Positions 21,801-32,499 of a DNA stretch of 64,000 bases are shown in pieces. Source of the DNA: Paraphysomonas bandaiensis (Eukaryota; Protista; Chrysophyceae); NCBI GenBank assembly GCA_965644295.1, contig CBFFRP010000620.1:5534-69533 (forward strand), given 5' to 3'. Below the pieces are notes generated by a model. That model saw only the letters and a list, made by a program, of their open reading frames with translations, searched no databases and was not told the origin of the DNA. Each line of letters opens with the position of its first letter. Position 1 is the stretch's first letter. The position numbers were made by a program, and so were the translations under genes.

Positions 21801-24800
21801 ATGCTGATGCTCTGATGACACACTCATGATGCTGATGTTCTGATGACACACTCATGATACTGTAAGACTGATGACACACTCATGATGCTGATGTTCTGAT
21901 GACACACTCATGATGCTGTAAGACTGATGACACACTCATGATGCTGATGTTCTGATGACACACTCATGATACTGTAAGACTGATGACACACTCATGATAC
22001 TGTAAGACTGATGACACACTCATGATGCTGATGTTCTGATGACACACTCATGATACTGTAAGACTGATGACACACTCATGATGCTGATGTTCTGATGACA
22101 CACTCCTGATGCTGATGCTGTAAGACTGATGACACACTCATGATACTGTAAGACTGATGACACACTCATGATGCTGATGTTCTGATGACACACTCCTGAT
22201 GCTGATGCTGTAAGACTGATGACACACTCATGATGCTGATGTTCTGATGACACACTCATGATGCTGATGTTCTGATGACACACTCATGATACTGTAAGAC
22301 TGATGACACACTCATGATGCTGTAAGACTGATGACACACTCATGATGCTGATGTTCTGATGACACACTCATGATGCTGATGTTCTGATGACACACTCATG
22401 ATGCTGTAAGACTGATGACACACTCATGATGCTGATGTTCTGATGACACACTCATGATACTGTAAGACTGATGACACACTCATGATGCTGATGTTCTGAT
22501 GACACACTCATGATACTGTAAGACTGATGACACACTCATGATGCTGTAAGACTGATGACACACTCATGATGCTGATGTTCTGATGACACACTCATGATAC
22601 TGTAAGACTGATGACACACTCATGATGCTGTAAGACTGATGACACACTCATGATGCTGATGTTCTGATGACACACTCATGATGCTGATGTTCTGATGACA
22701 CACTCCTGATGCTGATGCTGTAAGACTGATGACACACTCATGATACTGTAAGACTGATGACACACTCATGATGCTGTAAGACTGATGACACACTCATGAT
22801 GCTGATGTTCTGATGACACACTCATGATGCTGATGTTCTGATGACACACTCATGATGCTGTAAGACTGATGACACACTCATGATGCTGATGTTCTGATGA
22901 CACACTCATGATACTGTAAGACTGATGACACACTCATGATGCTGATGTTCTGATGACACACTCATGATACTGTAAGACTGATGACACACTCATGATGCTG
23001 TAAGACTGATGACACACTCATGATGCTGATGTTCTGATGACACACTCATGATACTGTAAGACTGATGACACACTCATGATGCTGTAAGACTGATGACACA
23101 CTCATGATGCTGATGTTCTGATGACACACTCATGATGCTGATGTTCTGATGACACACTCATGATGCTGTAAGACTGATGACACACTCATGATACTGTAAG
23201 ACTGATGACACACTCATGATGCTGATGTTCTGATGACACACTCATGATGCTGTAAGACTGATGACACACTCATGATGCTGATGTTCTGATGACACACTCA
23301 TGATACTGTAAGACTGATGACACACTCATGATGCTGATGTTCTGATGACACACTCATGATGCTGATGTTCTGATGACACACTCATGATGCTGATGTTCTG
23401 ATCACACACTCATGATACTGTAAGACTGATGACACACTCATGATGCTGTAAGACTGATGACACACTCATGATGCTGATGTTCTGATGACACACTCATGAT
23501 ACTGTAAGACTGATGACACACTCATGATGCTGATGTTCTGATGACACACTCATGATGCTGATGTTCTGATGACACACTCATGATACTGTAAGACTGATGA
23601 CACACTCATGATGCTGTAAGACTGATGACACACTCATGATGCTGATGTTCTGATGACACACTCATGATGCTGATGTTCTGATGACACACTCATGATGCTG
23701 ATGCTGTAAGACTGATGACACACTCATGATACTGTAAGACTGATGACACACTCATGATGCTGATGTTCTGATGACACACTCATGATGCTGATGTTCTGAT
23801 GACACACTCATGATGCTGATGCTGTAAGACTGATGACACACTCATGATACTGTAAGACTGATGACACACTCATGATGCTGATGTTCTGATGACACACTCA
23901 TGATGCTGTAAGACTGATGACACACTCATGATGCTGATGTTCTGATGACACACTCATGATACTGTAAGACTGATGACACACTCATGATGCTGATGTTCTG
24001 ATGACACACTCATGATGCTGATGTTCTGATGACACACTCATGATGCTGATGTTCTGATCACACACTCATGATACTGTAAGACTGATGACACACTCATGAT
24101 GCTGTAAGACTGATGACACACTCATGATGCTGATGTTCTGATGACACACTCATGATACTGTAAGACTGATGACACACTCATGATACTGTAAGACTGATGA
24201 CACACTCATGATACTGTAAGACTGATGACACACTCATGATGCTGTAAGACTGATGACACACTCATGATGCTGATGTTCTGATGACACACTCATGATACTG
24301 TAAGACTGATGACACACTCATGATGCTGATGTTCTGATGACACACTCATGATGCTGATGTTCTGATGACACACTCATGCTACTGTAAGACTGATGACACA
24401 CTCATGATGCTGATGCTCTGATGACACACTCATGATGCTGATGTTCTGATGACACACTCATGATACTGTAAGACTGATGACACACTCATGATGCTGATGT
24501 TCTGATGACACACTCATGATGCTGTAAGACTGATGACACACTCATGATGCTGTAAGACTGATGACACACTCATGATACTGTAAGACTGATGACACACTCA
24601 TGATGCTGATGTTCTGATGACACACTCATGATGCTGATGTTCTGATGACACACTCATGATGCTGATGTTCTGATCACACACTCATGATACTGTAAGACTG
24701 ATGACACACTCATGATGCTGTAAGACTGATGACACACTCATGATGCTGATGTTCTGATGACACACTCATGATACTGTAAGACTGATGACACACTCATGAT

Positions 24801-26838
24801 ACTGTAAGACTGATGACACACTCATGATGCTGATGTTCTGATGACACACTCATGATACTGATGTTCTGATGACACACTCATGATACTGTAAGACTGATGA
24901 CACACTCATGATACTGTAAGACTGATGACACACTCATGATGCTGATGTTCTGATGACACACTCATGATACTGTAAGACTGATGACACACTCATGATACTG
25001 TAAGACTGATGACACACTCATGATGCTGATGTTCTGATGACACACTCATGCTACTGTAAGACTGATGACACACTCATGATGCTGATGTTCTGATGACACA
25101 CTCATGATGCTGATGTTCTGATGACACACTCATGATACTGTAAGACTGATGACACACTCATGATGCTGATGTTCTGATGACACACTCATGATACTGTAAG
25201 ACTGATGACACACTCATGATGCTGTAAGACTGATGACACACTCATGATACTGTAAGACTGATGACACACTCATGATACTGTAAGACTGATGACACACTCA
25301 TGATGCTGATGTTCTGATGACACACTCATGATACTGTAAGACTGATGACACACTCATGATGCTGATGTTCTGATGACACACTCATGATACTGTAAGACTG
25401 ATGACACACTCATGATACTGTAAGACTGATGACACACTCATGATACTGTAAGACTGATGACACACTCATGATGCTGTAAGACTGATGACACACTCATGAT
25501 ACTGTAAGACTGATGACACACTCATGATGCTGATGTTCTGATGACACACTCCTGATGATGATGCTGTAAGACTGATGACACACTCATGATACTGTAAGAC
25601 TGATGACACACTCATGATGCTGATGTTCTGATGACACACTCATGATACTGTAAGACTGATGACACACTCATGATGCTGATGTTCTGATGACACACTCATG
25701 ATGCTGATGTTCTGATGACACACTCATGATACTGTAAGACTGATGACACACTCATGATGCTGTAAGACTGATGACACACTCATGATGCTGATGTTCTGAT
25801 GACACACTCATGATGCTGTAAGACTGATGACACACTCATGATACTGTAAGACTGATGACACACTCATGATGCTGATGTTCTGATGACACACTCATGATAC
25901 TGTAAGACTGATGACACACTCATGATACTGTAAGACTGATGACACACTCATGATGCTGATGTTCTGATGACACACTCATGATGCTGATGTTCTGATGACA
26001 CACTCATGATGCTGATGTTCTGATCACACACTCATGATACTGTAAGACTGATGACACACTCATGATGCTGTAAGACTGATGACACACTCATGATGCTGAT
26101 GTTCTGATGACACACTCATGATACTGTAAGACTGATGACACACTCATGATACTGTAAGACTGATGACACACTCATGATGCTGATGTTCTGATGACACACT
26201 CATGATACTGTAAGACTGATGACACACTCATGATGCTGTAAGACTGATGACACACTCATGATGCTGATGTTCTGATGACACACTCATGATACTGTAAGAC
26301 TGATGACACACTCATGATACTGTAAGACTGATGACACACTCATGATGCTGATGTTCTGATGACACACTCATGCTACTGTAAGACTGATGACACACTCATG
26401 ATGCTGATGCTCTGATGACACACTCATGATGCTGATGTTCTGATGACACACTCATGATACTGTAAGACTGATGACACACTCATGATGCTGATGTTCTGAT
26501 GACACACTCATGATGCTGTAAGACTGATGACACACTCATGATGCTGATGTTCTGATGACACACTCATGATACTGTAAGACTGATGACACACTCATGATAC
26601 TGTAAGACTGATGACACACTCATGATGCTGATGTTCTGATGACACACTCATGATACTGTAAGACTGATGACACACTCATGATGCTGATGTTCTGATGACA
26701 CACTCATGATGCTGTAAGACTGATGACACACTCATGATGCTGATGTTCTGATGACACACTCATGATGCTGTAAGACTGATGACACAATCCTCATGATACT
26801 GTAAGACTGATGACACACTCCTGATGCTGATGTTCTGA
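15829..26838. repeat. 28-bp satellite array, ~11 kb (~390 units)
   Basis: Constant 19-mer CTGATGACACACTCATGAT plus a variable 9-mer (ACTGTAAGA, GCTGATGTT or GCTGTAAGA); rare marker variants and higher-order duplications. Confidence 0.99.
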
Positions 26839-27301
26839 TTGATGCTGCTCTACAGTCCACTTCAATGATGCTGCTTTTAGAAGTTTGTCCCCTGAAAACC
26901 TCCTTTTTTTCCGTTGGACTAAAAATAGGGAGATTTATGCACCCCTGAAAGCCAATGCAGCAATCGAAGTCATTCATTCAGTTCTGAAGTGAAGGAAGAT
27001 GAGCGCCATCACTCCCAGCATATGAAGATCTCAAGATGTCCTGCGGATCATAGAGTGAGTTATGCCCACAGCTTCATGGACCCTCCTCCCCATAACACTC
27101 ACAGGGACCATCGCTATATGCATACATGCTACAGATAGGCTAGATAGACATACACGTACATCTGTGTTATGTAGATATGTATATATGAGCTTATTGTTAT
27201 GTTCGAGTGTTTGTTTTGATGCTCTGTAAGCCACTAATATATTGTGTGGTGCGAGATGGTATCTTAGACAGTCACAGTGTGTAATCAATGGATATAAGAA
27301 C

Positions 27302-27422
27302 GACTAGGTTGAATACCAAAGTTGACTAGGTTGAGTCCTTTATTATTTTGACTAGGTTATTCCACCAAAAATAGCGTGACTAGGTAATTCAACCAATTTG
27401 ACTAGGTTGAATAATATTTCCC
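27302..27422. mobile_element. MITE-like family C copy (inverted)
   Basis: Reverse complement begins GGGAAATATTATTCAACCTAGTCAAATTGGTTGAATTACCTAGTCAC. Confidence 0.65.
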
Positions 27423-27560
27423 GGTTTTTAACGCCTATTGCTCGTAATAAGACTTTCAATAAAAAGTACATTTTCCTATATTTCAATAGTATGATCGCAT
27501 TCACTACGCATGTGAAACCTTTACAATTAGCCACATGATATTGGAGACTGTTACATGTTT

Positions 27561-27663
27561 ACATGAAACTTTACTGAAGAGTGGTACGAAGTAGAATAAT
27601 ATTCGATACTTTGTGGTCAGAAAACAAGATATATTACATTACAAGGAGCACGGCTAATCAAAC
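27561..27663 (+). repeat. ~100-bp direct repeat, copy 1 (copy 2 at 31224-31327)
   Basis: ACATGAAAC.TTACTGAAGAGTGGTAC...TACTTTGTGGTCAG.AAACAAGATATATTACATTAC.AGGAGCACGGCTAATC shared. Confidence 0.85.
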
Positions 27664-28190
27664 AGGGACGGTGACAAGTGATATAAAGCGTATTTATGCA
27701 AACCCTTTGCTCCAGAAATTTGTCCTCTATTAGATCTGACAGTATATGTTTTCTGTATCCATCGATCCAGTGTCGAAGATGCTAAACATTCATTTGCTGG
27801 AAACGATCAGTATAAGAGATATGTTTTCTGTATCCATCGATCCAGTGTCGAAGATGCTAAATATTCACTTGCTGGAAACGATCAGAATAAGAGATATTAC
27901 AGTTTTCTCGTCGATGCAGTAACAAATGGAATCGATAAATCATTGGATCTTGGTTGCGCAAGGGAAGATATAGGAACTCATAGCAATCGGAACTTTGCGG
28001 AATCAACTTCAGTATCCAAACTTGATGGACCTAGTAGAACTCAAGTTTTCTTGAGGGCTGGACAAGGAGTAAGCAGAACTCAGACTGCTATATGTTTTCG
28101 GAAGCCGATGGCGATGCCTTCGTAGGTCGTACGACTTCGCAGTTGAATATAACAGCTGATGTTTTATGTTTTACGTCCTGAGTAACCCAT
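27645..28190 (+). mobile_element. Crypton-type tyrosine-recombinase transposon relic (frameshifted)
   Basis: Stitched translation: NQTG...KRIYANP/FAPEICPLLDLTVYVF...FAGNDQ...DIGTHSNR...GPSRTQVFLRAGQ...DCYMFSEADGDAFVGR, matching Crypton YR motifs (HxxR and downstream Tyr). Internal 75-bp tandem duplication at 27744/27819. Confidence 0.75.
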
Positions 28191-28924
28191 CGTCCACACA
28201 GCATATAATAATCTACTAAAGCAGGGATAGACCAACGTTACGATATACATTCACGTCCATTGAACAACAAACAGGAAAGTTCTACCCGTACCGAGAACGA
28301 GGTTTACTCGCGTTATGTGCTCATGTCCTGGAGTCGTGCCTTACAAGCTACCAGACATCAGGTTCCGTTGTTGCACCTACTTCATAAGAAGAGCACCACG
28401 AATGCCGCCATATTCATACAATGAGACGCCTCTTCATTGATAGTCATATATAATCATATAGTCATACGGTCATGTAGGCATATAGCATATACGCATATAG
28501 GCAGGTCTGTTGCAGAGAGAGCTCAAGTGCAACCTATATGCGCAGTCTCATCTACCCACAGCATACAATCTCAATAAGCCGCATTTCTTCTATAGATAAG
28601 ACAGCAGAGGTGTGCAGCTCAGTGCTAGTTATTGTACGATAAGCATATGAAGATGCGTGTATGCTACATGTCATTATGATACACACATAGTGCACGCAAA
28701 ATGTATACAACAGTATACCATGTATACTGTCATGTATATATCTATCCTGTATACAACGTAATACGTACCTATATACAATTTTCACATATTTTCATACTTT
28801 TGATCATTACAAAACCCGCCATTTTCATAAAAAAGAAAAGCCGCCTGTAGGAATTCCCAGTGTACTGTTGTACCTGTACTGCTTCACTGTTGTGTACTGC
28901 ACAGTGTAACATCCTCAAACTATT

Positions 28925-29053
28925 AGCATCTCCGTTTTCGGAAATAAATTGAAGCAAAACTCCTCTATATTACTGATATACAACGACGGCTGGAATACAG
29001 ATAATTGTTGTCTCAATATTATGAACAAAAAAACAAAAATAAACAAAGATGCC
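28925..29053. mobile_element. MITE family A copy (inverted, termini eroded)
   Basis: Reverse complement aligns with 1065-1197. Confidence 0.7.
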
Positions 29054-29179
29054 CTACGTCCATTTTATGGACTCGTAGAGAGACTCCTTCATACGTGAAT
29101 CATACATGCTTACATGCAAGCCATAATTCACACATACATTCAGTCTTATAAAAGTAAACTATTGACTTGATACCGCGAG

Positions 29180-30919
29180 ATGATTTCAGATGATGAGATG
29201 AGCGAGATATCTTACGGCTTCAGTAAATACTCCACGACAGGAGATGTATGCGATGTGTGTGAGTATGACGAGGAACAAGGAATACGCCTCATGGATAGCA
29301 GCATTAATGGCATTGTTTCCCATGCAAAAGAGATTCTTGGCTACACACCGGCGCTCAGTAATCAATATGTGTCAGAGGCTTCATGCATACGGTTACTATG
29401 CCGATATCGATGGGATGTCACAGCCCTTAAAACAGATATGCAAGAAGATAGAGTGTTTAATCAGATGCTGTCTCCCATTCCGATGAATCTTGTGGGCAAT
29501 GCTTGTGATTCCAATGCCAATCTGACATGTGATATCTGTGCCAATGACGTACCATACGAGTTTACCAGCAGTGGTGGATGTGGCCATTCATACTGTAATA
29601 GTTGTTGGGGGAAGTATATTACCACCTGTATTGACGATGACAAGGTGTTTGCAGTAAAGTGTATGCATGCTGAGTGTGAGTGTTTCTTGGAGAGTGACAA
29701 CATAATTGCTATCGCTCAGGATTCTGCCGAGTTGTTTATTAAGAAACGGTTTACTAACTTCGTATCCCGCCACTCCGACCTAGTGTACTGTCCAAAAGAG
29801 TCTTGCTCTGTCCTTTTGAAGGCGACTCCAGATGTTGTCGGTGTCACATGCTGTAAATGTCATCATGAGTTTTGTCAAATGTGTAACGAGGCGGCACACT
29901 GGCCTGCTTCATGCGGTTGGTCTGGCCAGTTCGAGAAGGCATGCAACGATATAAAAATAGCAGCCTTGCGTCAAATTTTGCCCACGTACAATGCTAGTAG
30001 TGCTAACCGTGCTGAGATTTATGATAAAGGATTCTGTCCACTAAAGTTTCGTCAACTACAATTGTTGTTTAATCAGCTGCGTGAAACACTTATTCGAGAG
30101 TATCTGGCTGAGGCGGGTGTAAGAATTGTCCTTGCCGTGGCAGTACTTTGTAAACACTTAGGTCTTGACTTCTATTCTTTCTTCAACTACATCAGAGGAT
30201 TACTTCGCCAAACCGAACTCGGCGTAACACGAGAAATATTAGAAATATTAGATCTTACTCGGAACAGGTGGTATGTTTCTCCCGCTGTTATCGCTTGTCT
30301 TGAGGAGACTTTACGCACTTTCGAAATTATTAGTTTTACGAGAGATAGAGATTGTCAGAGTGAATACGATGCTGGTACAGAGAACATACATCAGATGCAA
30401 TGTCGCCCTACTGTAGACGATTCTGATGTACTACAATGTGAATATGATTTACTCAGAAGAGTAATTGAGCTATGTCCAGATATTCTCGATTTGGAATGTT
30501 TTAAAGATGCTAAAAATGAGCAAGAAATTTTGACAGAAACTCATTCTCTGCTCTTACAAATACAAGTAATTGAGGACAGAGAGAAAGATTTCGAACTTAA
30601 TGCAATTAATATTCGTGACAAAACTATGGTACATGAAGCTGCAGTAAAAGCGGTTAAAATTATTTGTAAAGGCTATCGACTCGCACGATACTTCTGTATA
30701 CACCTTCTGAATATGGGTGACTTGAAGCGAGCTCGGTTTACAGATTTATATATGCAATTTGTTCCTAAGATTATGGAGTGTTGCGAGTCTACTCTCAATA
30801 TTTTGGAATCACAAGAGTTTGGACTGAAATCGGAGGAGGGGCCTTTAATTGATGCGTGTTATGCCGCTGAAGGTCTACAGACGCAATTCGTCGACATAAT
30901 TCTGCGTAATGACATTTAG
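29180..30919 (+). CDS. Ariadne-like RBR-family protein (RING1 and IBR; RING2 not recognisable), single exon
   Basis: LLCRYRWD; RING1 CDIC...CGHSYCNSCW...CMHAEC; IBR YCPKESC...CCKCHHEFCQMCNEAAHWPASC; Ariadne-domain-like C-terminal helices. Confidence 0.8.
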   Translation: MISDDEMSEISYGFSKYSTTGDVCDVCEYDEEQGIRLMDSSINGIVSHAKEILGYTPALSNQYVSEASCIRLLCRYRWDVTALKTDMQEDRVFNQMLSPIPMNLVGNACDSNANLTCDICANDVPYEFTSSGGCGHSYCNSCWGKYITTCIDDDKVFAVKCMHAECECFLESDNIIAIAQDSAELFIKKRFTNFVSRHSDLVYCPKESCSVLLKATPDVVGVTCCKCHHEFCQMCNEAAHWPASCGWSGQFEKACNDIKIAALRQILPTYNASSANRAEIYDKGFCPLKFRQLQLLFNQLRETLIREYLAEAGVRIVLAVAVLCKHLGLDFYSFFNYIRGLLRQTELGVTREILEILDLTRNRWYVSPAVIACLEETLRTFEIISFTRDRDCQSEYDAGTENIHQMQCRPTVDDSDVLQCEYDLLRRVIELCPDILDLECFKDAKNEQEILTETHSLLLQIQVIEDREKDFELNAINIRDKTMVHEAAVKAVKIICKGYRLARYFCIHLLNMGDLKRARFTDLYMQFVPKIMECCESTLNILESQEFGLKSEEGPLIDACYAAEGLQTQFVDIILRNDI

Positions 30920-31223
30920 TTTCGATTAACTTGTTAACGCTGAAATCGGAGTCAAATGTTATAACTTAGGTACCTCTTTTGCGGTATTGTAAGAGATAGT
31001 ATACCAATGCATGTTTAACTTCATTACTATGCTAGTGTCATGTGTCATATTTTATAACTACTTGGTTGAATATCAAACTACTATAACTAGTTGGTTTTGT
31101 AAATGCCATTCTTCGTATATAATAGAGAAATAGAGGCCGAGGAAGAGCTATTCACTATAAACTTATATCATGATTAGAAACGTTCAACATATATTTTATT
31201 CATTGTGAGTGCTTAGATGGGCA

Positions 31224-31327
31224 ACATGAAACGTTACTGAAGAGTGGTACTAACTCGATAAATATTCATTACTTTGTGGTCAGTAAACAAGATATATTAC
31301 ATTACGAGGAGCACGGCTAATCGAAAC
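31224..31327 (+). repeat. ~100-bp direct repeat, copy 2
   Basis: Matches 27561-27663. Confidence 0.85.
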
Positions 31328-32499
31328 CACATGATGTCATAATATATTTTTCGTATAAATAACTAGCCTCTAAAAAGGAACCTACGTCGAAAAGTACAGC
31401 AAGACAGGATCACCAAATTCACATGGCTTGAAGTCATAAAATATTTGATATATGGGCAGGTTGTTGTCGTTTTCATTTCCATCTGCATCGCAGTCCTGTT
31501 GACAAGTGTGACTAAGGTTATTAACCGCACACTTGTTGAGTTACACTTACAATCACTTGCCCAGAAATACCACATTCTTGCAGTGTCAGCATCTCGTCAT
31601 TAATTTCATTAGCTTCAGAAAAATTATTCAAACATATTTTCAAATCTGACATCCGTCCGTGTCTTTTCGCCAGCACTTTCTGGATAATAACATATATAAC
31701 ACTAACATAACAGCCGCACATGAACTCAACGCACCTTAATTGAAAATATTCGAGTGTCCTCCTTGAACTTCATCGTAAAGTTCATATACTTCCAATTAAG
31801 TAAACGAAAATCTAATATTACCCACTTGTCTCTTTCTTCGACAAGAAGAACAGGCTTGTGTTCTGTCGGCTCTTTCTGTTTATAGATGTTACGTATATAT
31901 ATAAGAGGAGCGAGAGATCGTATATATTACCGGACCAGCATCCTTTTTAGTATCCGCCTTCTTCTTTTTAGCGCCCATAATAACACTGAGCCTTAAAAGT
32001 CGGTTATTAATATACCACCCAGTGGATGCAGTGCAGGTGTTTGTATGATGAGCTCAGATGGCTTCATATGAACACCTCCATCCAAATGTAACGGCACAAA
32101 TATAAACTGAAAGAGATCGAGATGATGTGACCCCTCAAGATATCTGGGCTATTTTTCATGACCTGCAGTCAATTTTGGTCACTTTTCTACCAAAAATGCT
32201 GAAATTAAGGTTTTCGACGAGTTTTGGTGCGGAAAAATTACTAGAAAATTATTTGCATATGAAATGTAGGGAGGATGTACGAGTAGTAGATAGGAAGGTC
32301 CCTGTACCTATATACAGAGTCATATGATCTGGACAGGATCTTCATACCATCATATACAGAGTATGTACATATACAGTACAGAGCAGCAGGATGACAGAGC
32401 TGAGTGTGTATGTATGGAGTATCATACACAGACGCTGCAGAGGATTCTACACAGAATTCCACTCACATCTCACTCCACTACCAGTAAAACCTCCTAAAC

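Noticed and set aside
15829-26838. CRISPR-like array (constant 19-mer plus variable 9-mer)
   Set aside because: Only three recurrent 9-bp variants, no unique spacers, no cas genes, eukaryotic context.
15829-26838. Tandem box C/D snoRNAs (TGATGA and CTGA in each unit) or a repetitive protein (ORFs 22020-22283, 26732-26977)
   Set aside because: The boxes overlap inside a 28-bp unit with no room for guide sequences; 28 is not a multiple of 3 and TGA stops recur, so the ORFs are incidental.
2224-27422. 25-kb composite transposon bounded by inverted family C termini
   Set aside because: No TSD (ACCAA versus GGTTT), the left copy seems to have its own right end near 2393, and a third copy at 54366 shows the family is dispersed.
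31360-32330. Possible transposase remnant between the Ariadne-like gene and TM9SF
   Set aside because: Coding-like patches only; no motif, TIR or TSD I could support.
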